Source: Terriglobales bacterium (GTDB lineage Bacteria; Zixibacteria; MSB-5A5; RBG-16-43-9). Taken from it: 39,528 bases of DNA. The position numbers were made by a program, and so were the translations under genes. How positions within the stretch are numbered: position 1 is the first letter of the stretch; every line of letters starts with the position of its first letter. The DNA lies in contig DATKKH010000142.1 in assembly GCA_035543035.1 (NCBI GenBank), forward strand, positions 1-39,528, read 5' to 3'. Below the pieces are notes generated by a model, which did no database searches, was not told the origin of the DNA, and saw nothing but the letters and a program-made list of their open reading frames with translations. This document shows, piece after piece, positions 9,016 to 18,644 of the stretch.

Positions 9016-10413
9016 ATGGAACAATCAAAAAGCAGAGCTCTTCCGGAAAGAGGTGAAGGAGTTACCCGGATAGTCACTTCCGAGAAGCTCTGGTATTTAT
9101 TGCTGATCTTCGTCTCCCTGGTTTCCGGGGCTTTTCTTCTTTTTATCCCCAGGCCGGAGATTATGCCAGCAATAGCCCTAGCCCTGATAATCGGAATTAC
9201 CTTTTTCTTCTACCCTTATCTGGGGGTCTTAGCTTACATCATCTTATCCTATATGCGGTTTGAGGAGACCATTCCTGCTCTGGGTCATCTGCATTTAGCC
9301 AAACTTCTGACAGTCACCCTGATAGTGGTGTGGGTTTTGAAAACCGGTATCACCAAATCCAGACTTTACCTTCAGGAAAACGGGCTTATCCTTTTATACC
9401 TTTTTTACCTGGTTATGGTTTTTTCCATCCCCTTTAGTTACTGGCCTTCCCGCTCTTTAGATATTTTCGTAGAAATGCTAAAGATTTTGGTTTTCACAAT
9501 TCTTTTCATCCATCTGATAAGTACTACCAAAAAACTGAAGACCTTCTTTTGGATTTTCCTCCTGGTAAATGGCTACCTGGCTCTGAGTGCGATCAAAAAT
9601 TTTCTGGTCCTGGGGCAGGCAGCAGTTGCCTCACGGGTTGGTGGATCAGGTGGTTTCTTGGGGGATGCTAATGATTTTGCCTTAGCTTTAAGCATCGCAC
9701 TCCCTTTTGCGTTCTATCTTTTCTTGGCGGAGAAAAAAAAGAATCTGAAGCTGATTTATTTTCTTTTCATCAGTCTTTACACCCTGGGAATTATCTCCAC
9801 TGCTTCCCGCGGAGGTTTTATCACCCTGGTCTTTCTTTTTCTCTATTTCATTTTCAAGAGCAAGCATAAGCTGGTTGGGGTTTTCTCGGTGCTGCTCATT
9901 TTCCTTATGATATTTTTCTTCGCTCCCAAGGAATACTGGCAGAGACAGATGACCATCACCACGTATCAGCAGGATGAATCTGCCATGGGAAGGATCGGAG
10001 CCTGGAAAGCCGGGATCAGGATGTTTGCCGACAGACCCTTGACCGGAGTTGGGGTGGGTGTTTATGAGGTGGCGTATGGGGTAAAATACGGTGGGAAAAG
10101 CGGTCCCTGGTTTTCTCCGCATAATGCTTATGTCGAAGTCGGAGCAGAATTGGGCTTTTTCGGAATAATTCTCTATCTGGGATTGATGCTATATGTTTAT
10201 ACTCTGGCAAACTCTTTGATTAAATCGTTTAGAGAGGAAAACTATCTGAAGTGGATCTCCCAGGGATTAAAAGGAGCTCTTTTAGCCTATGCTGTCGGGA
10301 GTTTCTTTTTGTCGGTCGGGCTATACCCTCATCTCTACCTTTTGCTGGGTATGGTGATAGTAATAGGGATTTTGAAATCTGAGCAGAAGAAGGAAATATG
10401 TCAGGAGACTTAA
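9016..10413 (+). CDS. O-antigen polymerase/ligase family membrane protein (Wzy_C domain), likely EPS polymerase
   Basis: 465 aa polytopic protein. It has ISTASRGGFITL and a periplasmic loop ...GRIGAWKAGIRMFADRPLTGVGVG...SPHNAYVEVGAELGFFG, characteristic of Wzy/WaaL-family proteins. Confidence 0.75.
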   Translation: MEQSKSRALPERGEGVTRIVTSEKLWYLLLIFVSLVSGAFLLFIPRPEIMPAIALALIIGITFFFYPYLGVLAYIILSYMRFEETIPALGHLHLAKLLTVTLIVVWVLKTGITKSRLYLQENGLILLYLFYLVMVFSIPFSYWPSRSLDIFVEMLKILVFTILFIHLISTTKKLKTFFWIFLLVNGYLALSAIKNFLVLGQAAVASRVGGSGGFLGDANDFALALSIALPFAFYLFLAEKKKNLKLIYFLFISLYTLGIISTASRGGFITLVFLFLYFIFKSKHKLVGVFSVLLIFLMIFFFAPKEYWQRQMTITTYQQDESAMGRIGAWKAGIRMFADRPLTGVGVGVYEVAYGVKYGGKSGPWFSPHNAYVEVGAELGFFGIILYLGLMLYVYTLANSLIKSFREENYLKWISQGLKGALLAYAVGSFFLSVGLYPHLYLLLGMVIVIGILKSEQKKEICQET

Positions 10414-11366
10414 AGATTTTGACTCACATAAGCACCCAGGCTAGCCCAACCTGGGAAGAGAAGACGACTCTTATTCAGGCAAAACCTGGAACTCTGAATT
10501 CCTTTTTTCTATCATTACGACTTTATTTAAAGAGAAAAGATTTTGACCTGGTGGTTATCTCTGGAGGAAAGGCAGGAGTATTTTTCTCTCTTCTACAAGC
10601 CCTTCTTCCATTTAAAAAAACTCCAACTCTGATGCTGGATTGTCTCTGGTATAGGGCTAAAAACTCATGGAAAAGATTTCTGAAGAGAACTCAGATAAAA
10701 CTTATGAACAGGTCAGTCAATCTATTTCTGGTCTGGGCTAAAAGAGAAATAGAGGCTTATTCTTCAGAATTTGGGATACCTCAGGAGAAATTAAGATTTT
10801 TCCCTTATCATACCACCTGCGAAGTTTACGATTGCACAGTGGAAAAAGGAGATTATCTTTTCAGCGGAGGCAATTGGAACCGGGATTATAAGACTTTAAT
10901 TGAGGCAGTTAAAGGTCTGAAATTAAAAGTCATCCTTGCGACTAACAATAATTTTTTGCTGGAGGGTATCAGTCTCCCGGAAAATGCAAAAGTGATAAGC
11001 GCTTCAGATAGTCAATTTTACGACCTGTTGGCAAAATCAAAAATGGTGGTGGTGCCTATGGCAAAAGGTTTTTTGCACTCTGGAGGCCAGCAGACTTTTT
11101 TGAATGCAATGTTCTGGGGGAAACCCGTGATCGTGACAGATCCAGAAGGAGCAAATGATTATATCCAGGACAAGAAAGATGGAATCCTGGTTCAACCCGG
11201 AGATGTCGTCGTATTGAGAAATGCCATCTCCTATATTTTGGAAAATCCTGAAATGGTTCAGAAGATGGTGGATGAAGCTCAAAGAAAAACCCGACAAATG
11301 ACCACTGAAAAGTTCTTTCAGGGAATTATAGAATTAGCCCAAGAGATCGTCTATGGAAATAATTGA
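10398..11366 (+). CDS. glycosyltransferase, GT1-like
   Basis: C-terminal GGQQTFLNAMFWGKPVIVTD...GILV GT-B motif. Overlaps the upstream gene by 16 nt. Confidence 0.6.
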   Translation: MSGDLKILTHISTQASPTWEEKTTLIQAKPGTLNSFFLSLRLYLKRKDFDLVVISGGKAGVFFSLLQALLPFKKTPTLMLDCLWYRAKNSWKRFLKRTQIKLMNRSVNLFLVWAKREIEAYSSEFGIPQEKLRFFPYHTTCEVYDCTVEKGDYLFSGGNWNRDYKTLIEAVKGLKLKVILATNNNFLLEGISLPENAKVISASDSQFYDLLAKSKMVVVPMAKGFLHSGGQQTFLNAMFWGKPVIVTDPEGANDYIQDKKDGILVQPGDVVVLRNAISYILENPEMVQKMVDEAQRKTRQMTTEKFFQGIIELAQEIVYGNN

Positions 11367-12381
11367 ATATTCTGACAGGTTCGAAAGCCAGTGGAAAGCT
11401 TATCTGCACCAAAATGAGTCTTCGACTTTCGCTCATCAGATAGAATGGAAGACCGTGCTGGAAAAAAGCTTTAACCAGAAACCGGTCTATCTCTTGGCAA
11501 AAGAGGATGATAAGGTAGTTGGCCTCCTGCCCCTTTTTTATTATTCCAGCATCCTGTTTGGAAAATTCTTAATCTCTTTGCCCTGGCTGGATTACGGAGG
11601 AGTCTGCTCTGATTCAGAAGAAATCCAGGAGAAGCTCATAGATAAAGCTATTCAGGTTGCCAGAGAAAAGGGTTGCAAGTTTCTAGAGCTGAGAAGCGTT
11701 AAAGCGGAGGACAAAAGGCTGACCACAAGAACTTCAAAAGTAACCTTTATCCTGGAGCTTGACCCTGATCCGGAAAAAGTCTGGAAAAAAATCGATTCAA
11801 AAGCCCGGAACCAGGTCAGGAAAGCCCAGAAATCAGGACTAGAAGTCATATTAGGAAGAGAAGAATATTTAGACCAGTTCTATTCTGTTTTTTCTGTAAA
11901 TATGAGGGACTTGGGAACTCCGGTTTGGACTAAAGAGCTTTTTAGAAATATATTGACTTATTTCCCGGATCTAAGCGAGATAGCTCTGGTGAAATTAAAA
12001 GACAAGGTGATCGGGGGTGGGCTGATCTTGTATTTTAAAGACATGCTGACTGTTCCCTCTGCTTCCTCACTTGGAGCTTACTTAAGCCTTTGCCCTAATA
12101 ATTTACTCTACTGGGAGATTATGCAGAGAGGCTGTCTAAAGAAGTATAAAAGATTTGATTTAGGAAGATCGACCCGAAATTCGGGAACGTTTAATTTCAA
12201 AAGTCAGTGGGTCAAAGAGCCGACCCAGCTTTTCTGGCAGTATTATTTGAATAAAATAACGGATTTGCCAGAGCTTAATCCTGAAAGCTCAAAATTCAGC
12301 CTGGGTATAAAGCTCTGGAAAAAGTTACCTTTGAGTTGGGCTAATTTTTTAGGTCCAAAAATTGTGAGAAACCTACCTTAA
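11353..12381 (+). CDS. FemAB-family acyl/aminoacyl-transferase (EPS-locus/PEP-CTERM-associated type)
   Basis: 342 aa. FAHQIEWKTVLEKSF...LLPLFYYSSILFGKFLISLPWLDYGG and C-terminal FDLGRST...FNFKSQW fit the FemAB-related proteins found in EPS loci. Confidence 0.7.
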   Translation: MEIIEYSDRFESQWKAYLHQNESSTFAHQIEWKTVLEKSFNQKPVYLLAKEDDKVVGLLPLFYYSSILFGKFLISLPWLDYGGVCSDSEEIQEKLIDKAIQVAREKGCKFLELRSVKAEDKRLTTRTSKVTFILELDPDPEKVWKKIDSKARNQVRKAQKSGLEVILGREEYLDQFYSVFSVNMRDLGTPVWTKELFRNILTYFPDLSEIALVKLKDKVIGGGLILYFKDMLTVPSASSLGAYLSLCPNNLLYWEIMQRGCLKKYKRFDLGRSTRNSGTFNFKSQWVKEPTQLFWQYYLNKITDLPELNPESSKFSLGIKLWKKLPLSWANFLGPKIVRNLP

Positions 12382-12385
12382 AATT

Positions 12386-13579
12386 ATGTTAAAATCTATT
12401 CCCCCTGCTGGAACGCAGATTAAGTTCGCAGAGATATTTGGAAGCCTCTCCTCTATTCTCTCCAAAGGTCACTCCAGTGAAGAATTCAGGCAAAGGTTCT
12501 GTGAATACTTTCAGGTGAAAGATTGTTTCCTTACTTCATCTGGCAGAGCCGCTCTGACTTTGATACTCAAAACCCTTAAGAGACTCAGGAATAAAGACGA
12601 GGTAATCATACCTGCCTATACCTGCTTTTCAGTCCCCTCTGCCATAGCTAAGGCTGGATTAAAAATAAAGTTATGCGACATATCTCTGGAGACCCTTGAT
12701 CTGGATTCTGAGAAGTGGTTAAATCTTATTGATGAAAACACTCTGGCAGTTCTGCCAGTTTATCATTTCGGATTAGCTCACTCGAACATGGATATAATCG
12801 CTCACTGTCGTGAAAAGAAAGTTTTTGTGATCGAGGATGTTGCCCAGGCAATGGGAGCTAAATTCAGAAACCAATATTTAGGAACTTTCGGAGATGTCGG
12901 ATTTTTCAGTCTGGGAAGAGGGAAAAACATCACCGCTGTCGAAGGGGGCATCATCCTGAGCCAGGATGAAGAAGTATCTTCACTCCTGAAACAGGAATTA
13001 TCAAATTTGAGAAAAACTCCTGGCATTGAATTCTTCTGTAAAACCTTAATCTATAAAATTTTTCTGAATCCACATCTTTACTGGATACCAGAGGGGATAC
13101 CAGCTCTTAAGTTAGGTGAGTCGGAATTCTCTTTAGATTTTGACCTTCACTCTCTTTCCGAATATCAGGCTAAGGTGGGAGCAAGTCTTTTGCATAGGCT
13201 GGAAGATATAAACCGGATAAGGATAAGGAACGCATCTTATCTAATCTCTGGTCTAAAGGATTCAGATAATGTTTCTCTTTTCCCTTTACACGATGAGTCT
13301 TATTCTGTTTATCTGCGCCTGCCGATATTATTTAAAGACAGCTCAGAGAGAGAAAGAGTTTTTCAGTCATTAAAAAAGAAAAAACTGGGAGCTTCGAAGA
13401 TGTATCCGACTTCTCTGGATAAAATACCGGGAATTGAAAAATATTTAGCCTCATCTTTGGATGAGCTTGTCAAAAGCCATCAGGTGGAAAAAACCATTTT
13501 GACTTTGCCTACTCATCCATATCTTAAAGAAAACGATTTGCACAATATAATAGAGATAATAAAAGAGGGAGGAAAATAA
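12386..13579 (+). CDS. DegT/DnrJ/EryC1/StrS-family PLP-dependent sugar aminotransferase
   Basis: Fold-type I pattern: VIIPAYTCFSVPSAI, VIEDVAQAMGA, and FFSLGRGKNITAVEGG with the PLP lysine. Confidence 0.75.
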   Translation: MLKSIPPAGTQIKFAEIFGSLSSILSKGHSSEEFRQRFCEYFQVKDCFLTSSGRAALTLILKTLKRLRNKDEVIIPAYTCFSVPSAIAKAGLKIKLCDISLETLDLDSEKWLNLIDENTLAVLPVYHFGLAHSNMDIIAHCREKKVFVIEDVAQAMGAKFRNQYLGTFGDVGFFSLGRGKNITAVEGGIILSQDEEVSSLLKQELSNLRKTPGIEFFCKTLIYKIFLNPHLYWIPEGIPALKLGESEFSLDFDLHSLSEYQAKVGASLLHRLEDINRIRIRNASYLISGLKDSDNVSLFPLHDESYSVYLRLPILFKDSSERERVFQSLKKKKLGASKMYPTSLDKIPGIEKYLASSLDELVKSHQVEKTILTLPTHPYLKENDLHNIIEIIKEGGK

Positions 13580-13583
13580 CTTA

Positions 13584-14078
13584 ATGAACCAGCAGATATC
13601 GTTAGAGGATTATAAAACTAAAAGGAAGTTAGGCCGGGCAAAAGACGCCTTCAGAAAAATGCTGAACATCATCACCCGGAATTTTATCCTGAGCTACAAG
13701 CTGAGAAATAAACTGTATCGCGCTCTGGGCGTTAAAGTGGGTAAACAGGTTTTCATCGCTCGTGAGGTTTTGATCGATGATAATTTTCCTGAGCTTTTGA
13801 CCCTGGAGGACGGGGTGGTGCTGAGCTGGAGGGTGGTTATCCTGATGCACGATACTTCCAGGCATCCGCATATAGTTGCGCCAATAACCATTAAAAGAAA
13901 AGCTCTGGTCGGTGTGGGGGCGATAATCATGCCCGGAGTAACAATCGGAGAATATGCCCAGGTGGGAAGCGGGGCTGTAGTGACTAAAGACGTTGAGCCT
14001 TATACAGTAGTGGCTGGCGTTCCAGCAAGGAAAATTAAGGATAAAGTCGATATCGAGCCAGATGAACAATCAATCTAA
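13584..14078 (+). CDS. hexapeptide-repeat (LbH) sugar O/N-acetyltransferase, WcaF/Maa-like
   Basis: VGVGAIIMPGVTIGEYAQVGSGAVVTKDVEPYTVVAGVPARKI is a left-handed beta-helix repeat region. Confidence 0.8.
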   Translation: MNQQISLEDYKTKRKLGRAKDAFRKMLNIITRNFILSYKLRNKLYRALGVKVGKQVFIAREVLIDDNFPELLTLEDGVVLSWRVVILMHDTSRHPHIVAPITIKRKALVGVGAIIMPGVTIGEYAQVGSGAVVTKDVEPYTVVAGVPARKIKDKVDIEPDEQSI

Positions 14079-15207
14079 GAAATTCATAATTTCGATCGCT
14101 GAGGATTGGGGAAGGCTTCCCTCTTCTTCCCAGCATATCATGCGGGTCCTGTCCAGGGAATATTCGATTCTCTGGATGGATTCTCTGGGCTTGAGAACCC
14201 CTTCGGTCAGTAAAAAGGATTTAACAAGGATTTTCCAGAAGCTGGGGAAATTCTTCTCCGGGATCAAGGAAAAAGAGCCAAACATCTACGTTTATTCTCC
14301 TATAGTTCTGCCTTATTTTCAAAACAGGATAGTACGAAAAATAAACCAGTTCATACTCACTTTGAGTTTGAAATTCTATCTCGCTCGGAAAAAAGCTCAA
14401 AAGAGGATCCTCTGGGCAGCCTGCCCTACAGCCGAGAGCCTGGTTGGAAGACTGAAAGAGGAAAAAAGCATTTATTATTGTGCAGACGAATATTCTGAAT
14501 TCACCGGATACTCAAAAAACTTAGTAAAAGAATTAGAGGAAAGTCTTTTAAGAAAGGTTGATCTGGTTTTAGTCGTTTCCGATAAGCTATTCCAAACCAA
14601 AAAGGAATTTAATCCTAACATTTTTTTTATTCCTCACGGGGTTGAATTCGAGCATTTTTCTCGATACAATGAAAATTCTGTGGAACTCCCCTCTGACATG
14701 AAATACATCAAAAAACCTGTAATCGGCTATTACGGTTTAATCCGGGACTGGATTGATTTTGAGCTTCTGCAAAAAATCTCTGAGAAAAAAAACTGGTCAT
14801 TGGTTTTTATTGGACCATCCAGTACAGATGTGAGTGCAATTCGAGGAAAAGAGAATGTCCACTTCCTGGGTCCAAAGGATTATAAGGACTTACCTCAGTA
14901 TCTTCAGGGTTTTGATGTATGCATCATCCCTTATAAGTTAACTGAGGTTACGATAAATGCCAGACCTTTGAAACTTTTTGAATATCTGGCATCAGGCAAG
15001 CCCGTGGTCAGCACGCCTCTTCCTTCTGTTTTACCCTACATGGAAGTGGTTAAAATAGGCTCGAACAATGAAGAATTCATCCGGCAGATAGAAAAATCCC
15101 TGCAGGAAAAAGGCGAATCTCTGAAAAAGAATAGAATAGATTTAGCCAGGGAGAATTCCTGGGAAAAATTAGTGCAGAAGAATTTGAAACCTCTTCTTCT
15201 GACTTAA
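14062..15207 (+). CDS. glycosyltransferase, GT1-like
   Basis: C-terminal ...RPLKLFEYLASGKPVVSTPLP... motif. Overlaps the upstream gene by 17 nt. Confidence 0.7.
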   Translation: MNNQSKKFIISIAEDWGRLPSSSQHIMRVLSREYSILWMDSLGLRTPSVSKKDLTRIFQKLGKFFSGIKEKEPNIYVYSPIVLPYFQNRIVRKINQFILTLSLKFYLARKKAQKRILWAACPTAESLVGRLKEEKSIYYCADEYSEFTGYSKNLVKELEESLLRKVDLVLVVSDKLFQTKKEFNPNIFFIPHGVEFEHFSRYNENSVELPSDMKYIKKPVIGYYGLIRDWIDFELLQKISEKKNWSLVFIGPSSTDVSAIRGKENVHFLGPKDYKDLPQYLQGFDVCIIPYKLTEVTINARPLKLFEYLASGKPVVSTPLPSVLPYMEVVKIGSNNEEFIRQIEKSLQEKGESLKKNRIDLARENSWEKLVQKNLKPLLLT

Positions 15208-15208
15208 A

Positions 15209-16333
15209 ATGATGAAAAGAATCAAAGTCATAATTCTGATCGCTACCTATCGAATAGGCGGTCCTGGAAAGGAGATACTCGATATTTGCGAGGTCGCACC
15301 AGAATTTGGCTTTGACCCAATCCTTGTAGGATTCACTGTGGGAAGGGAGAAGAATACACCTTTTCTTGACGAGGCCAATAGAAGAAAAATCAAAACCTTT
15401 AGCATCAGGCACTACTTTAGATATGATCCCTCACCCATTATTCAATTTCACTCTCTTCTAAAAAGGTCGCAAATAGACATTATTCAAACCCACGGACATA
15501 AGGCGAATTTTATAGCATTTGCTTTGCGAGATTTTGTCAACCGACCCTGGATTGCGTTCGTTCATGGCTGGACAGATGAAGACTGGAAGATCAGAGTCTA
15601 TAATAGGCTGGATAAATATCTGCTCAGATTTGCGGATAGATTGATTGCAGTCTCAAAAGACATGGCTTCTAAACTTCAGACTTTAGGGATTCCTCATGAA
15701 AAGGTAGTTACCATCTACAATGCGGTCTTTGAAAAAGGAATTTCCAGTGGAGACCCTAATCTGGATATAAGGAGAGAATTCAAGATTACTCAGGGAGATA
15801 AGCTCATTGGAGTCATTGGAAGATTAAGTCCGGAAAAAGGGCAGATCTATTTTCTGAAAAGCTTTTCAGAGGTCACAAAAACCTTTCCCCGGGTAACTGC
15901 TTTGATTGTCGGTGAAGGGCCTGACGAGAAGAAGCTAAAGGATTTTTGTGCTCTGAAACAGCTCGACCACAAAGTTATTTTCACCGGCTACCAGAAGGAC
16001 ATCGCCTCGATTTATAAATCCTTGGATCTGGTGGTTCTGCCCTCTCTCTCTGAGGGGATGCCAAATGTAGCCCTGGAGAGCATGCTTCTTGGAAAACCGG
16101 TCATAGGAACAAATGCTGGAGGAACGCCGGAGGTGATCGCAGATGAGATGACTGGCCTGTTGGTGCCTCCTGAGGACCCTCCTTCTTTAGCACGGGCAAT
16201 GCTTGAGCTTTTGAATGATGAAAAAAAGATGAAAATCTTCTCTGAAAAGGGAAGAGACTGGGTCTTGGAGAATTTCTCTTTAGAAAAAAGAGCAAAAAGA
16301 TTAGTAGAGCTTTATCGAAAACTTCTAGCTTAG
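15209..16333 (+). CDS. glycosyltransferase family 4 (GT-B, EX7E)
   Basis: PSLSEGMPNVALESMLLGKPVIGTNAGGTPEVI...GLLV is the classic GT4 signature. Confidence 0.85.
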   Translation: MMKRIKVIILIATYRIGGPGKEILDICEVAPEFGFDPILVGFTVGREKNTPFLDEANRRKIKTFSIRHYFRYDPSPIIQFHSLLKRSQIDIIQTHGHKANFIAFALRDFVNRPWIAFVHGWTDEDWKIRVYNRLDKYLLRFADRLIAVSKDMASKLQTLGIPHEKVVTIYNAVFEKGISSGDPNLDIRREFKITQGDKLIGVIGRLSPEKGQIYFLKSFSEVTKTFPRVTALIVGEGPDEKKLKDFCALKQLDHKVIFTGYQKDIASIYKSLDLVVLPSLSEGMPNVALESMLLGKPVIGTNAGGTPEVIADEMTGLLVPPEDPPSLARAMLELLNDEKKMKIFSEKGRDWVLENFSLEKRAKRLVELYRKLLA

Positions 16334-16334
16334 T

Positions 16335-17447
16335 ATGGACCGAATTAAAAAAATCCTTCATCTCAATACTACCAGCTCCATTGGCGGAGCTGAACAAATG
16401 ATTATAGATCTGGCAGAACAAACCAGCCTCGATAAATTCAGGACTTATGTGAGCGTGCTGCGGGAAGGAGAATTACTTTCCGAGCTAAGGAGAAGACATG
16501 TGAAATTTATCTGGCTTAAGGAGAGCACCCGGGTCTACGATTATAAGTTTCTGAGAAATATCGTGGAGTTGATTAGGCAGAATCGGATTGATCTTATCCA
16601 CTCTCATACCTGGGGAACCGATTTCTATGGTTATTGGGGCTCTAAAATCTCAGGCATACCTATGATCTCAACCATTCACGATCGTTATTATATATTCGAG
16701 AAATGGACTCGGAGATTATCTTACCGGTTGTTCATAAACCACATTAAGAAGATCGTGGCTGTATCCAAAGACATCAAGGGTTTGCTTATCGATGAGCTTA
16801 AAATCAGCTCCCAAAAAGTGAGGTTGATTTACAACGGGATCAATACTCTTAAGTTTCAAACTGTAGAAAATCTAGATATGATTAGAGATGAATTAGACCT
16901 TGGCAGACACGATCTTGTCATAGGAAATGTCGGAAATCTGAGAGAAGTTAAAGATCACCGGACGCTGATCACCGCTTTCAGTAAAATAGTCCCCTTATTC
17001 CCCAGGTCAAAATTATTGATAGTTGGAGAGGGAAAACTTAAACCCGACTTGAAGAAACTTTGTGAAGAGCTGGGCTTGGGGGAGAGGGTTCTCTTCTTGG
17101 GTCACAGAGAAGATGTTCCTTTCATTTTGAGCTTATTGGATGTTTTTATCCTTCCTTCAGTTTCAGAGGGCTGCTCTCTTTCCCTCTTGGAAGCTATGGC
17201 CGCAGGAAAAGCAGTTGTCGCGACGAATGTTGGTGGGAACCCCGAGCTGGTGCTAAATGGTAAAACGGGCATCCTCGTTCCTCCATCTCAGCCAGACCAG
17301 TTAGCGGAAAAGATGATACATCTGCTTAGTAACGAGGATCTAAGAAAAAAAATGGGAGCGGAAGGCAGAAAAAGGGTCAAGCAGAAATTCTCCAGGGAGT
17401 CGATGGTAAAAAATTATGAAGAGCTTTATTCCCGGATACTGAGATGA
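16335..17447 (+). CDS. glycosyltransferase family 4 (GT-B, EX7E)
   Basis: PSVSEGCSLSLLEAMAAGKAVVATNVGGNPELV...GILVPP. It appears to be a paralog of the preceding gene. Confidence 0.85.
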   Translation: MDRIKKILHLNTTSSIGGAEQMIIDLAEQTSLDKFRTYVSVLREGELLSELRRRHVKFIWLKESTRVYDYKFLRNIVELIRQNRIDLIHSHTWGTDFYGYWGSKISGIPMISTIHDRYYIFEKWTRRLSYRLFINHIKKIVAVSKDIKGLLIDELKISSQKVRLIYNGINTLKFQTVENLDMIRDELDLGRHDLVIGNVGNLREVKDHRTLITAFSKIVPLFPRSKLLIVGEGKLKPDLKKLCEELGLGERVLFLGHREDVPFILSLLDVFILPSVSEGCSLSLLEAMAAGKAVVATNVGGNPELVLNGKTGILVPPSQPDQLAEKMIHLLSNEDLRKKMGAEGRKRVKQKFSRESMVKNYEELYSRILR

Positions 17448-18592
17448 TTACTTTCTTCCTAATTTTACTATTTTTGCTGTTTTATACCTATTCAGGATAT
17501 TTTATCCTCCTGAAATTCATATCCTTTTTTAGATTAAACCCTATTCAAAAAGGGGAATATCTGCCTGAAGCTGCACTGCTCATCCCTGTATTCAATGGCG
17601 AAAAGGTAATCAGGGATAAGCTGGAGAATTGCCTTAAACTAAATTATCCTAAGGATAAATTGAGAATATTTGTCGTCTCTGATTCATCCACAGACAGAAC
17701 AGATGAAATCGTGCAATCATATTTAAATCAAGGAATAAAGCTTGTCAGACTGGAAAAAAGGGGAGGAAAAACCAGAGCATTGAATTCAGCTTTGAAAGAC
17801 GTTCAGACAGAGCTGGTCTTTTTCACCGATTCCTCTACTTTATTGAAAGAAGATTCTTTGAGAAACCTAGCCAGAAATTTCTCTGATCCGCATGTCGGAT
17901 GCGTAAGCGGAGAAGATCAGAGTGTTTCCACCACTTCAGAAAAGTCTGAAGCTGGAGAAGGGCTTTACGTAGGCCTGGAGATGAAGCTGAGAAGACTGGA
18001 AAGTCTAATCGGAAACCTTACCGGTGTGAGCGGATGTCTGTATGCCATTAGAAAGGACCTCGTCCACGAGATTCCAAACGATTTCATAGACGACTTCTAT
18101 CTGCCGCTTCAGGTCGTGAAAAAGGGCAAAAGGGTTATCTCTGAGCCGGAAGCGATTGCTTATGTTACCAAAGTCGCAAGTTTTAAAGAAGAGTTCAAGA
18201 GGAGGAGGAGAACCACTTTGGGAGGTTTGGAGGTTTTCTTCTCAGAGCTTTCTTTATTGAATCCTTTTAATTATGGTATATTCAGCCTGGAGCTTTTGAG
18301 TCATAAGCTTTTGAGATGGCTTACTCCGCTCCTGTTTTTGCTTTTGTTCCTGACTAACATTTTCCTGCTGGGCACTCATCTAATTTTCAAACTAATTTTT
18401 CTCTTTGAGCTTATCACGATATTAATTACTTTGATCCACTGGCTTTTTTGGAATAACAAAAAATCAGCAGGAGTTTTTTCATATTTTGAATCGGTATTTT
18501 ATTTTTATCTGGTAAACTTAGCGCTTTTTCTTGCCTGGGTAAAATTCATCACGGGAAAACGAGAAGTAATCTGGGAGCCATCCAAGAGGTGA
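17444..18592 (+). CDS. glycosyltransferase family 2 with C-terminal membrane helices
   Basis: N-terminal TM helix, VVSDSSTDRT and FFTDSST (DxD-type) motifs, ...HKLLRWLTP (RW motif) and a hydrophobic C-terminus. ATGA start/stop overlap with the upstream gene. Confidence 0.8.
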   Translation: MITFFLILLFLLFYTYSGYFILLKFISFFRLNPIQKGEYLPEAALLIPVFNGEKVIRDKLENCLKLNYPKDKLRIFVVSDSSTDRTDEIVQSYLNQGIKLVRLEKRGGKTRALNSALKDVQTELVFFTDSSTLLKEDSLRNLARNFSDPHVGCVSGEDQSVSTTSEKSEAGEGLYVGLEMKLRRLESLIGNLTGVSGCLYAIRKDLVHEIPNDFIDDFYLPLQVVKKGKRVISEPEAIAYVTKVASFKEEFKRRRRTTLGGLEVFFSELSLLNPFNYGIFSLELLSHKLLRWLTPLLFLLLFLTNIFLLGTHLIFKLIFLFELITILITLIHWLFWNNKKSAGVFSYFESVFYFYLVNLALFLAWVKFITGKREVIWEPSKR

Positions 18593-18644
18593 ATATTTCG
18601 ACTCAAAGTATCAAAGTGATGGTCGGGTCCCCTGACCAGACCAG

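Noticed and set aside
10201-10220. Sigma-54 promoter-like TGGCAA-N5-TTGAT, and a few other TGGCA-containing sites.
   Set aside because: It is inside the Wzy-family coding sequence, lacks the conserved GC of the -12 element, and has no downstream gene start.
12499-12518. Second Rex-box-like site (TCTGTGAATACTTTCAGGTG) sharing a 14-nt identity with the rex operator.
   Set aside because: It lies inside the DegT aminotransferase coding region and its second half-site is degenerate (TTCAGG versus TTCACA). A few chance 14-mer repeats are expected in about 40 kb on both strands.
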